This document shows, piece after piece, positions 18,631 through 28,233 of a stretch of 64,000 nucleotides of DNA (position 1 is the first letter of the stretch; the number at the start of each line of letters is the position of its first letter). The stretch comes from a candidate division WWE3 bacterium (GTDB lineage: Bacteria; Patescibacteriota; WWE3; UBA101185; UBA10185). The DNA lies in contig WJKK01000001.1 of NCBI GenBank assembly GCA_014729135.1, positions 535,590 through 599,589 on the forward strand, given 5' to 3'. Position numbers and translations under genes: made by a program. The notes below the pieces were generated by a model. The model searched no databases. It saw nothing but the letters and a program-made list of their open reading frames with translations, and was not told where the DNA came from.

Positions 18631-20460
18631 ATGAAGCTAAAATTTGATCCGGATAATCCCAAGTACGTTCATATTGATACTCTAAAAAAAGCAGACGAGG
18701 CTCTAGAAAAGCTAGAAAAGGAACCTGTAATAGGAGTAGACATAGAAGGTACCGGACTTGATCCCTACACTGCAAAGCTCCTGTTGGTTCAGATCGGTAA
18801 TGAGGAAGTAAGTTACATTTTTAACGCTCAGCAGCTTGATTTAAAGGCAATTCCACGTTTAAAAGCTCTCCTGGAAGATCCCAAAAAAATCAAAATTCTT
18901 CACAACGCCAAATTCGACTACAAATTCATCAAAGTTCAAGTAGGCGCATCCATGAACAACCTGTATGACACAATGTTGGCCGGAGCAGTATTAACGGCGG
19001 GTTTAACAGGCAAAAACCCTTCCTTAAAAGAACTAACCATGAAATATTGCGGTTTCGACATGGATAAAGGTGTTCGAAAAAGCTTTCATAATCACATGGG
19101 GCGAATCACGGAAGATCAGCTGAAATACTCCGCTTTAGACACGCTGGCTATGTTTCCCATCTTTAAAGAGCAGGTAAAGCGTCTTAAAAAGGAAAAGCTG
19201 GTGCGTGTGGCCAAATTGGAATTTGCCTCCACTAGAGTCGTTGCAGAAATGGAATTAAGAGGCATTATTATAAACATTCCCGAATGGAAAAAAGTAATTA
19301 AGAACCTGGAAAAAAAGCGTGACCAGTATGCAGCTCAGTTTCAAGAGGCAATTCAGCCTTACTACAATCGTCGAACAAAGGACCTTTTTGGAAACGATGT
19401 GGACGTCATGAACATGAATTCGCAGGCTCAGCTAATGGATCTTTTTAATAAGCGTTTAGGTCTTGATATTCCTTCAACAAGCGCAGGAGTCTTGGAAAAC
19501 GTTGATCATCCAATTGTAAACATCTTAAGCGACTACAGAAAGTATGAAAAGCTGATCTCTGCCTTTGGAGATAGCCTTTTAGAGCAGGTTAATCCTGTTA
19601 CGGGGCGTTTGCATCCGGATTTTAATCAGATGGGTACAGCCACAGGTAGATTTTCTTGTCGAAACCCTAATTTACAGCAGATTCCGCGAAACTCCGAAGA
19701 AGCCCCTTTTAGAGAGCTTTTTAATCCTGCTCCGGGATATAAGCTGGTTACGGCGGACTACTCCTCCTTTGAAATGCGGATTCTAGCGGATCTTTCAGGT
19801 GATGAAAAAATGATTACAGCCCTTCGCGAAGGTAAAGATTTGCACTCTTATACTGCTTCGCTAATGTTTAATGTTGATTATTATCCTAAGTCGGAGTTTA
19901 AAAAGAAGAATCCGGGGTTGCGTCAGATTGCTAAGCCTATTGGGTTTGGATTAATGTATGGAATGAGTGCCCAAGGTTTGGCAGCTCAGCTAGGCGTTTC
20001 ACCTGAAAAAGGCGAGGAATATATGGAGCTTTATTTTAAGAGTTATCCAAGTGTTCGGAAGTTTCTGGATGGGCTTTCTGATAATGCTGTTAAAAAAGGA
20101 TGGAGTATGACTCCTATGGGTCGTAAGCGTTGGTACAAAAAGCCCTCTCCATCTGATCCGGATTATCGTCGTCGTATGTCCAGTATTCGGCGTCAGGCAA
20201 AGAACCATCCCATTCAGGGGACAAATGCAGATGCTATCAAGTTTGCGTTTGTTTTTATTCAAAAGTACTTTGATTCAGGGGAGTTTGATGGGGGAATCAC
20301 GCATACGGTTCATGATGAGATTGTTTGTGAGGTTCGTGAGGATCAGGCGGAGGATTGGGCAAAGATTCAATCAGATGAGATGATTAAGGCTGCGGAGCTT
20401 TTTATTAAAAAGGTTCCGGTTGCTTCGGATCCTTTTGTTGGTGATATCTGGGAGCATTAG
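18631..20460 (+). CDS. polA: DNA polymerase I, Klenow-like (3'-5' exonuclease plus polymerase domains, no 5' nuclease domain)
   Basis: Family-A motifs: motif A DYSSFEMRILA, motif B KPIGFGLMYGMSAQGLA, motif C VHDEIV. N-terminal 3'-5' exo-like DIEGTGLDP. Only 609 aa. Confidence 0.8.
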   Translation: MKLKFDPDNPKYVHIDTLKKADEALEKLEKEPVIGVDIEGTGLDPYTAKLLLVQIGNEEVSYIFNAQQLDLKAIPRLKALLEDPKKIKILHNAKFDYKFIKVQVGASMNNLYDTMLAGAVLTAGLTGKNPSLKELTMKYCGFDMDKGVRKSFHNHMGRITEDQLKYSALDTLAMFPIFKEQVKRLKKEKLVRVAKLEFASTRVVAEMELRGIIINIPEWKKVIKNLEKKRDQYAAQFQEAIQPYYNRRTKDLFGNDVDVMNMNSQAQLMDLFNKRLGLDIPSTSAGVLENVDHPIVNILSDYRKYEKLISAFGDSLLEQVNPVTGRLHPDFNQMGTATGRFSCRNPNLQQIPRNSEEAPFRELFNPAPGYKLVTADYSSFEMRILADLSGDEKMITALREGKDLHSYTASLMFNVDYYPKSEFKKKNPGLRQIAKPIGFGLMYGMSAQGLAAQLGVSPEKGEEYMELYFKSYPSVRKFLDGLSDNAVKKGWSMTPMGRKRWYKKPSPSDPDYRRRMSSIRRQAKNHPIQGTNADAIKFAFVFIQKYFDSGEFDGGITHTVHDEIVCEVREDQAEDWAKIQSDEMIKAAELFIKKVPVASDPFVGDIWEH

Positions 20461-20549
20461 GTTGCTTCTAAAGTTTTGAAGGCCTTTGCAACAAAGATTC
20501 CCGCATAAGAATTGCTTGCTTTTTTTGAAAAACTTGATATTATAGGCCT

Positions 20550-20642
20550 ATGTTTATGGGAGACATTATAGAAGCTATAGTAGGTGGCGTAATAGAGGGA
20601 GTCATTGGTGCTGTTATGGGTATTTTTGACGCCTTCAACTAA
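20550..20642 (+). CDS. Unannotated 30-aa glycine-zipper hydrophobic peptide (MFMGDIIEAIVGGVIEGVIGAVMGIFDAFN)
   Basis: ATG..TAA ORF in the polA-clpC intergenic region, too short for the ORF track. It has GxxxG/AxxxG repeats. No clear RBS was checked. Confidence 0.25.
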   Translation: MFMGDIIEAIVGGVIEGVIGAVMGIFDAFN

Positions 20643-20721
20643 AATTCCCTTACTTTAGTATTACTACAAGATAATAAATTCCATTTCTATCTGCTTAATG
20701 CGGGGGTTTTTGTGACTACTT

Positions 20722-22908
20722 TTGCGCACTTATCAGTCCCTTTGCTTAATTGCTAAGAAGTGTTACAATTTATTCATGGTTATATGTCAAAAATGTGGGC
20801 AACGACCCGCAGTAATCTCAACAACAAAAATAATAGAAGGTAAGCCGGTTTATATGGCGCTTTGTCAGAGCTGCTTTAAAAATCTCCAAAAAGAAACTAA
20901 AAAAACTTCACTTTTGGATAAGTTCGGCACTGATCTAACCGACATGGCCCGCGAAGATAAACTTGACCCTGTTATTGGCCGTAAGGACGAAATAGAGCGC
21001 GTTGTTCACATCTTATCCCGACGAACAAAAAATAATCCTGTTTTAATAGGAGATCCCGGAGTAGGGAAGACTGCCATAGTTGAAGGTTTAGCTCAAATGA
21101 TAGTAAATGGAAAGGTGCCTGAGCCCCTCCGTGGGAAGCGTGTGTTTGCTCTGGATTTAGCGTCAATGGTTGCAGGGACGACTCATCGAGGAATGTTTGA
21201 AAAGCGTCTAAAAGACGTAATTGAAGAAGTGGTTAAGGCCCAGGGCCAAATTATTCTGTTTGTAGATGAGCTTCATACTGTTGTTGGCGCAGGTTCTTCA
21301 TCTGAAAGTTCCATGGATGCTGCTAATATTTTGAAACCGGCTTTAGCTAGAGGAGAGCTTCAAATGGTTGGTGCTACAACAATAGATGAGTATCGTAAGT
21401 ATGTTGAAAAAGATGCTGCTTTGGAGCGCCGTTTTCAACCCATTATGGTTAACGAGCCTACTATAGATGACACTAAGGAAATTTTGCGAGGTCTGCGAGG
21501 TCGCTATGAAGAGCATCACAAAGTGAAAATTACGGATGAGGCTTTAGAAACGGCAGCAAAAATGGCAGATCGATATATTAGTGACCGTTTCCTTCCCGAT
21601 AAGGCTATTGATGTAGTTGATGAGGCAGGCGCTTTGGTGCGTTTGTCGCAGGTAAAGGAGCCGGAGAATCTAAAGGAGGTCAATTCCCGTTTGGCTGAAA
21701 TTAAAAAGGAGCTTCGTAGTGAAGATCTTTTGGAGGAGGTGCGTAAAAAACTGGAAGATGAGCGTGCTGAATTAAACAAAGTTAGAGATGAACTTGTAGA
21801 CATTTGGACAAAGACCAAGCTTGAGGAAATTCCAAATGTTACAGGCGATGACATAATTAAGATCGTCTCACGTTCCACCGGCATTCCTTTAGAGCGCCTA
21901 AGTATAGAAGAGAAAGAGAAATTAATGCACCTTGAAGAAATGATTCATGAGCGTCTGGTTAATCAGAATAAGGCCGTAGAGGTTGTTTCAGAGGCTATTC
22001 GCCGAGCACGTGCAGGGCTTAAAGATCCTAAACGACCTATTGGAGCCTTCCTGTTTTTAGGTCCTACAGGTGTGGGTAAAACCGAGCTTTGTAAGGCCCT
22101 GGCCGAAATTTTATATGGTGATGAAGACATGATGGTTCGTCTAGACATGAGCGAATACATGGAGCGCCATTCTGTTAGTAAGATGTTGGGAGCTCCTCCG
22201 GGATACGTTGGTTATGATCAGGGAGGTAACTTAACGGAAATTGTTCGTCGTAAGCCTTTTTCTATTATTCTGCTGGATGAAATTGAAAAAGCTCATCCGG
22301 ATGTGTTCAATTCCCTGCTACAAATTATGGAGGATGGCCGTTTAACCGACAGTAAAGGTCGTACGGTCGACTTTAAGAATACAATTTTAATTATGACCTC
22401 TAACGTTGGTTCTGAGTTGTTGAGAAAATCCACTATTGGTTTTGATCATGAAGGTAAAGAAGCAAGTAAAAATCTAACCGATTATAAGTCTCGCATTGAA
22501 AAGATGTTAAAGGACACTTTTAAGCCGGAGTTTTTAAATCGTATAGATGAAACTGTGATTTTTACTACTTTGGGTAAGGAGGAGATTCGGGAAATTTCTC
22601 AAAATCTCTTGGCAAATACTCAGAAGCTTTTGGATGAGCATGAGATTTCTTTGCATGTTGACGATAAGGCGATTGATTATTTGGTGGAGCATGGGACAAG
22701 TGAAGAGTATGGGGCACGTCCTTTGCGGCGTTTGATTCAGCGTGAGATTGAGAATGTTTTATCGGGGATGATTATTTCGGGTGAGTTACTGGATGGGGAT
22801 GCTGTTGAGATTACTGCAGGTAAGGTGAAAGGTGATAATGGAGCAAAGGCAAGGAAGGGAGCTAAGGAAGGGCTGCAAATTAAGGTTAAGTCGAAGGTGA
22901 GTGCTTAA
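20722..22908 (+). CDS. clpC: Clp/Hsp100 double-AAA+ ATPase (ClpC/ClpA-like) with an N-terminal C4 zinc ribbon in place of Clp_N repeats
   Basis: Two Walker A sites GDPGVGKT and GPTGVGKT. N-terminal CQKCG...CQSCF. The true start is probably M19 (about 20776). Confidence 0.75.
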   Translation: MRTYQSLCLIAKKCYNLFMVICQKCGQRPAVISTTKIIEGKPVYMALCQSCFKNLQKETKKTSLLDKFGTDLTDMAREDKLDPVIGRKDEIERVVHILSRRTKNNPVLIGDPGVGKTAIVEGLAQMIVNGKVPEPLRGKRVFALDLASMVAGTTHRGMFEKRLKDVIEEVVKAQGQIILFVDELHTVVGAGSSSESSMDAANILKPALARGELQMVGATTIDEYRKYVEKDAALERRFQPIMVNEPTIDDTKEILRGLRGRYEEHHKVKITDEALETAAKMADRYISDRFLPDKAIDVVDEAGALVRLSQVKEPENLKEVNSRLAEIKKELRSEDLLEEVRKKLEDERAELNKVRDELVDIWTKTKLEEIPNVTGDDIIKIVSRSTGIPLERLSIEEKEKLMHLEEMIHERLVNQNKAVEVVSEAIRRARAGLKDPKRPIGAFLFLGPTGVGKTELCKALAEILYGDEDMMVRLDMSEYMERHSVSKMLGAPPGYVGYDQGGNLTEIVRRKPFSIILLDEIEKAHPDVFNSLLQIMEDGRLTDSKGRTVDFKNTILIMTSNVGSELLRKSTIGFDHEGKEASKNLTDYKSRIEKMLKDTFKPEFLNRIDETVIFTTLGKEEIREISQNLLANTQKLLDEHEISLHVDDKAIDYLVEHGTSEEYGARPLRRLIQREIENVLSGMIISGELLDGDAVEITAGKVKGDNGAKARKGAKEGLQIKVKSKVSA

Positions 22909-23004
22909 TTTAGTTTGTAAGTGAGTGTTGTTGTAGGTGAGATTACTTTCAAAAGGCTCAAAAATTGAATTTTTAAAGAAAGTCTGATAATCTTCTATAG
23001 CGTT

Positions 23005-23346
23005 ATGGCAATAAAATTCGATGCATCAAAAATAGATCATATTGAAACCTTTCAAGTAGGGGATACTGTGCGTGTTTTATATAAGATTCGTGAGGATGAG
23101 AAGACGCGAATTCAGCCCTTTGAGGGTATTGTTATTTCTCTTAAGGGATCCGGTATTTCCCGAACTTTTACTGTGCGCAGGATTGGTGCTGATAGTGTTC
23201 CTGTAGAGAGGATTTTTCCCGTTCATTCTCCTAATATTTCAAAGCTTACGGTTGTTCGTCCCGGAAAGGTGCGTAGAGCTAAGCTTTATTATTTGAGAGA
23301 TAAGACCGGGCGAGCTGCTACTAGGGTTAAGCGTAGAGAGAATTAG
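23005..23346 (+). CDS. rplS: 50S ribosomal protein L19
   Basis: VGDTVRV...FEGIVIS...TFTVRRI...[10 protein letters not shown]...[13 protein letters not shown] matches the bL19 consensus. Confidence 0.8.
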   Translation: MAIKFDASKIDHIETFQVGDTVRVLYKIREDEKTRIQPFEGIVISLKGSGISRTFTVRRIGADSVPVERIFPVHSPNISKLTVVRPGKVRRAKLYYLRDKTGRAATRVKRREN

Positions 23347-23423
23347 ATATCCTCGTATTATTCGCATTCTTGCTTCAATTTTTGTTGTTACTTGAGTGTA
23401 ACTTTTATTGTTCGATACATGTT

Positions 23424-23583
23424 TCACAAGTTGGGTACAACTTGTGAGGTAATAAACAGTTTTCGCAAAGGTCCTCCAAAGTCGGACACTTTGCGGCGTA
23501 TCAAAATCCGCACATCCTTTTGTAATTTAAAAGGAATGTTCAGATTGTTGATAAGCATTTCAAGTTGCCACGCAACTTGAAAT
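23424..23583. repeat. tRNA-3'-flank hairpin module, copy 1 (about 160 bp). It ends in the conserved gataagcatttcaagttgcNNcgcaacttgaaa, which abuts a tRNA 3' end.
   Basis: About 80% identical to 34441-34610. Contains the hairpins cacaagttg-N5-caacttgtg, cgcaaag...ctttgcg and caagttgc-cgcaacttg. Confidence 0.6.
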
Positions 23584-23598
23584 GGTGAGGGTGGAGGC
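23584..23598 (-). repeat. 15-nt duplicate of the tRNA-Lys 3' terminus (tggtgagggtggagg), 160 bp from the intact gene
   Basis: Exact match to 23758-23772. This is the target-site-duplication signature of site-specific insertion at the tRNA 3' end. Confidence 0.6.
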
Positions 23599-23722
23599 AA
23601 GCCGTCGTCACCTTTGGTGACTCCTGTTGCATCCAAAACCACTAAGCTCTTCCTCACTTCGTTCGGAATCGCTAAGTGTATTGTAGGAATCAGAACTAAA
23701 GTTCGTTTCCCACTTTCATAAT

Positions 23723-23756
23723 AAAAAAACTTTTCACTTAAAGTGAAAGGTTTTTT
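23723..23756. terminator. Bidirectional intrinsic terminator (A-run, cttttcactt/aagtgaaag hairpin, T-run), just 3' of tRNA-Lys
   Basis: aaaaaaacttttcacttaaagtgaaaggtttttt read directly. Confidence 0.5.
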
Positions 23757-23757
23757 A

Positions 23758-23832
23758 TGGTGAGGGTGGAGGGAATCGAACCCTCGGCACACGGCTTAAA
23801 AGGCCGTTGCTCTACCACTGAGCTACACCCCC
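23758..23832 (-). tRNA. tRNA-Lys (anticodon UUU)
   Basis: Reverse complement gives GGGGGTGTAGCTCAGTGGTAGAGCAACGGCCTTTTAAGCCGTG...GGTTCGATTCCCTCCACCCTCACCA. Confidence 0.85.
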
Positions 23833-24124
23833 TTAGTCTTTATCAAAAAGCTTTTGAATATAGCATACCAAAAGCGGCCGATGTATTATACAATAAGCAT
23901 ATGTTCATATCCAAAGCAAAAGATTCCCTTGGAAAAAAATACATAATTTGGCTAATCTTTCTTATTCTTCTAGGTTTAGCAGTTACAGGTATCTTGATTT
24001 ATAGAGCTAATCAGGCTGATACTTACTTTTCGGTTACAAATACTGCAATCGAATAAACTCCCGATTTAACCTTTTCTAAAACCTTGCTATAAAGGCCTTT
24101 TCTTTGATAGTATAGGCAACAGTT

Positions 24125-26986
24125 ATGTCAGGAAAGTTTTCACTACCTAAAGCTAAAAAAACAGTAGATTTAGAACAAGAAGTATTATCTTTTTGGAAAA
24201 AACACGAAATATTTGAAAAATCCGTAGAGCAGCGCTCAGAAGACAATGTCTATGTTTTTTATGATGGCCCTCCCTTCATTTCCGGTTTACCTCATTATGG
24301 CCATCTCTTGGGATCTGTTGCCAAGGATTTAATTCCCCGTTATTGGGCAATGCGGGGCAAAAGAGTTGAAAGAGTTTGGGGGTGGGATGCTCATGGGCTA
24401 ACCGTTGAAAACAAAGTGCAGAAAAAATTGGGAATTAAGCATCGAAAAGAAATAGAAGATTATGGTCTTGAGAAGTTTATTGAGGCTTGCTATGAATACA
24501 CTGCAGAAACCTCGGCAGAATGGCCTTGGTACGTGGATCGAATAGGGCGCTGGGTAGATATGGAGAATGCTTATAAAACCACGGATCAGAGTTACATGGA
24601 ATCAGTTATCTGGGCTTTTAAGGAGCTTTATGATAAGGACTTAATTTACAAGGGCGTTCGCACTTCACTCTATTGCACCGTTTGCGGCACGCCGGTTTCT
24701 AATTTTGAGGTGGCTATGGATAATGCCTATAAGGAGGCTCAGGATCCCGCAATTGTTGTTAAATTTGAGCTAAGCGAAGGGGATTACAAGGATGCTTTTG
24801 TTTTGGCATGGACAACAACTCCTTGGACAGTGCCCTCTAATCGTGCCTTGGTTTTGGATCCGCAAGCTGATTATGTTCTAGCAGTAAGTGAAGGTTCTAA
24901 ATACATCTTAGCTAAATCCCGTGTAGAGGCGATTTTTGGAGATAAAGACTATTCCGTTGAGGACACTTTCAAGGGAGAAAAATTATTAGGACTTTCTTAC
25001 ACCCCTCCCTATACTTTTTTCAAATCCAATGAAAAAGATTTCAAAATATACGCTTACGAAAACATGGTAACAATGGAGGAGGGTACCGGTATAGTCCACT
25101 CGGCACCGGGTTTTGGAGATATTGATACTGAAATGGGTAGGCATTATGGTTTGACAATGATGCTAACCTTAAACGACGAAGGTCATTTTAATCCCGGAGA
25201 CGTCGGAACAAATCCTTTTGAGGGTGATTATTACAAAAAAGCAAATAAGCGAATCCTGGAGGATCTGCAGGAAAGAAGCCTTCTTTTTTCTGAAGAAGTT
25301 ACAGTTCATCGAGTTCCTTATCATGATAGATGCGATACTCTTTTAATTCATCGCGCCCAACCTTCTTGGTTTGTAGATGTTCAAAAGCTAAAGAAGAAGA
25401 TGCTTTCTTATAACGAGGACATTAATTGGGTACCTGATTCCTTAAAAGAAGGACGTTTTAAACATGTCATTGAAACAGCTCCGGATTGGTGTATTTCACG
25501 GAATCGCTTTTGGGCCACCCCGATGCCTGTTTGGGAGTCGGAGGAGGGCGATCGTATTGTTGTTGGTTCCATTGCTGAGTTAGAGGAGCTTTCCGGTGAA
25601 AAAGTAGAAAATTTACATCGGCCCTACATAGACAATGTCACAATAGAAAGAAATGGGAAGGTTTATAAACGAATCCCTGAGGTTTTAGATAGCTGGTTTG
25701 AGGCCGGCTCAATGCCTTATGCGCAATTTCATTATCCTTTTAAAAACAAAGAAAGGTTTGAACAGAATTTCCCGGGAGACTTTGTAGTTGAATATATTGC
25801 GCAAGTTCGTGCTTGGTTTAATGTTATGCATAGATTGTCAACGGCTATTTTTGATAGTCCTCCTTTTAAAAATGTGATTTGTACGGGTGTTATGGCTGGT
25901 AATGATGGTAGAAAGATGAGTAAAACTTACCAAAATTACACAGATCCTAAAGACGTTCTAGAAACTTATGGTGGGGATGCTTTACGTTTATGGCTTATGA
26001 ACTCTCCTCTAATGGTGGGGGAGAATGCCAGTTTTGAGGAAGACGAAATAAAAACCAAGCAGAAAAATGTTTTAAATATTCTATGGAATAGCCTTCGTTA
26101 TTTTGTTCTGTATGCCAATAAGTTTGAATTTAAACCGGAAGATGTTGAGGAGCTTTCTCAGGATGCCACGCATCCAATGGATTTGTGGATAAAGACACGA
26201 CTAGAACAGACCCAAAAGATTGTCATGGAAAACCTTGAAAAATATACGGTTCCTCCCGCAGTAGAAGCTGTGGAGAATTTTGTGGATGACCTATCGAGGT
26301 GGTACATTCGTCGTTCCCGGGATCGTATTTCCGCAGGAGACGTAAAAGCTTTTTCTACGCTTTACCATGTTTTAAAAAAGTTTTCCAAAGTAGCTGCTCC
26401 AATAGTTCCTTTTATGACGGAAAACATCTATCAAACTTTGCGTCAAAAAGAAGAGCCTGTATCGGTTCATCTGTGTGATTATCCTTCGTTGGATTTATCA
26501 TTTTTAGGGGAAAATTTAGAAATGTTAGCGCATATGAAATCGGATCGACTCCTGGTTTCCCAAGTTTTAGCGTTGCGTGATAAAGAGGGTATCGGTATTC
26601 GCCAACCTTTAAATGATTTTGTAACACTTGCAGAAGTTCACTTTCCTAATATTGTCAAGGAGGAGTTAAATGTTAAAGAAATAACTAAGGTTTCGAGCCT
26701 AGAGGATCTTTCTGCAAATTATGTTACCGGAGAGAATTTAAGCGTTGCTTTAAATATTGAAGTTACAGAGTCCTTGCGTGTGGAAGGAGAAAAGAGAAAT
26801 GTCATTAGGAATTTACAAAAAGAGCGCAAAAAAGCAAAACTAGGGCTTGGCGACAAAATATCAGCAACAATTCCTCAAAACCCCCTAAACAAAAAAGTTT
26901 TAGAAAAATACTCCCAAGAAATAAAGCAAAGCGTAGATGCAGTAGAAATCACACTAGGATCTGCCTATGCCGTTAAAAAAGTTTAA
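24125..26986 (+). CDS. ileS: Isoleucyl-tRNA synthetase, type 2 (eukaryote/archaea-like)
   Basis: PPFISGLPHYGHLL HIGH-region variant and a KMSKT motif. The length is 953 aa. Confidence 0.9.
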   Translation: MSGKFSLPKAKKTVDLEQEVLSFWKKHEIFEKSVEQRSEDNVYVFYDGPPFISGLPHYGHLLGSVAKDLIPRYWAMRGKRVERVWGWDAHGLTVENKVQKKLGIKHRKEIEDYGLEKFIEACYEYTAETSAEWPWYVDRIGRWVDMENAYKTTDQSYMESVIWAFKELYDKDLIYKGVRTSLYCTVCGTPVSNFEVAMDNAYKEAQDPAIVVKFELSEGDYKDAFVLAWTTTPWTVPSNRALVLDPQADYVLAVSEGSKYILAKSRVEAIFGDKDYSVEDTFKGEKLLGLSYTPPYTFFKSNEKDFKIYAYENMVTMEEGTGIVHSAPGFGDIDTEMGRHYGLTMMLTLNDEGHFNPGDVGTNPFEGDYYKKANKRILEDLQERSLLFSEEVTVHRVPYHDRCDTLLIHRAQPSWFVDVQKLKKKMLSYNEDINWVPDSLKEGRFKHVIETAPDWCISRNRFWATPMPVWESEEGDRIVVGSIAELEELSGEKVENLHRPYIDNVTIERNGKVYKRIPEVLDSWFEAGSMPYAQFHYPFKNKERFEQNFPGDFVVEYIAQVRAWFNVMHRLSTAIFDSPPFKNVICTGVMAGNDGRKMSKTYQNYTDPKDVLETYGGDALRLWLMNSPLMVGENASFEEDEIKTKQKNVLNILWNSLRYFVLYANKFEFKPEDVEELSQDATHPMDLWIKTRLEQTQKIVMENLEKYTVPPAVEAVENFVDDLSRWYIRRSRDRISAGDVKAFSTLYHVLKKFSKVAAPIVPFMTENIYQTLRQKEEPVSVHLCDYPSLDLSFLGENLEMLAHMKSDRLLVSQVLALRDKEGIGIRQPLNDFVTLAEVHFPNIVKEELNVKEITKVSSLEDLSANYVTGENLSVALNIEVTESLRVEGEKRNVIRNLQKERKKAKLGLGDKISATIPQNPLNKKVLEKYSQEIKQSVDAVEITLGSAYAVKKV

Positions 26987-28031
26987 TTTAGGCTTAATAA
27001 TTCCGCCACTCCTGATATTCTCGCTAAGTTTTATGACGTTATATTCGGTTAGCCCTAATCATGCAAAAAATCAGCTGCTCTTTTTTATAATTGGAGTGCT
27101 TTTTTATTTGGGGCTTAGTATTATCGACTATTCCGTGCTAGCTCAATTTTGGAAGCCTCTATATGTTACTAATCTAGGCCTTCTGATTTTAATTTTTGTT
27201 TTGGGCCAGACAATTTCCGGTTCCACAAGATGGTTCACTTTCTTTGGTTTTTCACTTCAGCCTTCAGAGTTTGCAAAGTTTACGTTAATTTTGACTCTAG
27301 GAGCCTTGTTATCTCAAAAACCGCAACGACTTAAATCCTTCAAAGGAGTTATTCAGCTTTCCCTCCTCTTTATTCCTTTTTTCTTTGCTGTTGTAATTCA
27401 ACCGGACCTAGGCACTACTCTAGTTTTGCTGGCTACCTTCTTAGGCGTACTTTTTTATGCCGGCTTAAACAAACTATACTTTTTAGTGGGATTCTTTCTC
27501 GCAGGGATTAGTTCATCGCCCCTCTGGTCACTCCTAAAAGACTACCAAAAAGAGCGTATATTAGTGTTCCTAAATCCACAGCTTGATAATTTAGGTGCCG
27601 GTTATAACGTGGTTCAATCACTTATTGCTGTAGGTTCCGGAGGTTTGTTTGGTAAGGGTTTTGGTCAAGGCAGTCAATCCCATCTTCAATTTCTTCCTGC
27701 TTACTGGACAGACTTTATTTTTGCATCTTTTTCAGAGGAGTGGGGGTTTATTGGTCTTGTTATTTTGCTCCTATTTTTTACGGTACTCTTTGGATTTATT
27801 CTTTACACTGCATCAAAATCTAAGGATCTTCTTGGACATGCTTTAGTAATAGGTGTTTTCATAACGCTTTTTAGTCAGTTTTTCATAAATGTGGGCATGA
27901 ACCTGGGAATTATGCCCGTAACCGGAATCCCTCTTCCGTTCATGACCTATGGGGGCTCCTCTCTAATTACAAACCTTGCCATGCTGGGTTTAGTACAATC
28001 CGTATGGGTGCATTCATTCCAACGAGTTTAA
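26967..28031 (+). CDS. SEDS-family cell wall polymerase (FtsW/RodA)
   Basis: Polytopic membrane protein with the conserved C-terminal MPVTGIPLPFMTYGGSS motif. Confidence 0.8.
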   Translation: MPLKKFNLGLIIPPLLIFSLSFMTLYSVSPNHAKNQLLFFIIGVLFYLGLSIIDYSVLAQFWKPLYVTNLGLLILIFVLGQTISGSTRWFTFFGFSLQPSEFAKFTLILTLGALLSQKPQRLKSFKGVIQLSLLFIPFFFAVVIQPDLGTTLVLLATFLGVLFYAGLNKLYFLVGFFLAGISSSPLWSLLKDYQKERILVFLNPQLDNLGAGYNVVQSLIAVGSGGLFGKGFGQGSQSHLQFLPAYWTDFIFASFSEEWGFIGLVILLLFFTVLFGFILYTASKSKDLLGHALVIGVFITLFSQFFINVGMNLGIMPVTGIPLPFMTYGGSSLITNLAMLGLVQSVWVHSFQRV

Positions 28032-28233
28032 TCCTATTTTACTAAACCCAAGACACTCACAGGCTAGACACCCTCAAGTATCAACCTACGTTTCTTGAAA
28101 GCATAAATCCGGTCTCTTAGAATCATCAAGTACGATTAAAAAATTAACTAATAATGTTGGATTGTGGGATGACATTCTCTACTTGGCAGTGCGAGGATGC
28201 TTTTCCAAAATCCCTTTATAACAGGGGGAAATA

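Noticed and set aside
23392-24056. ORFs 23392..23580 (+), 23424..23792 (-) and 23757..24056 (+), which overlap tRNA-Lys and the hairpin module.
   Set aside because: They run through a tRNA gene and through conserved non-coding hairpin repeats. The start of 23757..24056 is inside the tRNA. At most, a short downstream membrane peptide starting at an internal Met might be real.
28032-28233. Cobalamin riboswitch upstream of nrdJ.
   Set aside because: No B12-box-like conserved core was visible by eye. Class II RNR genes are not typically riboswitch-controlled. This needs an Rfam scan to exclude formally.
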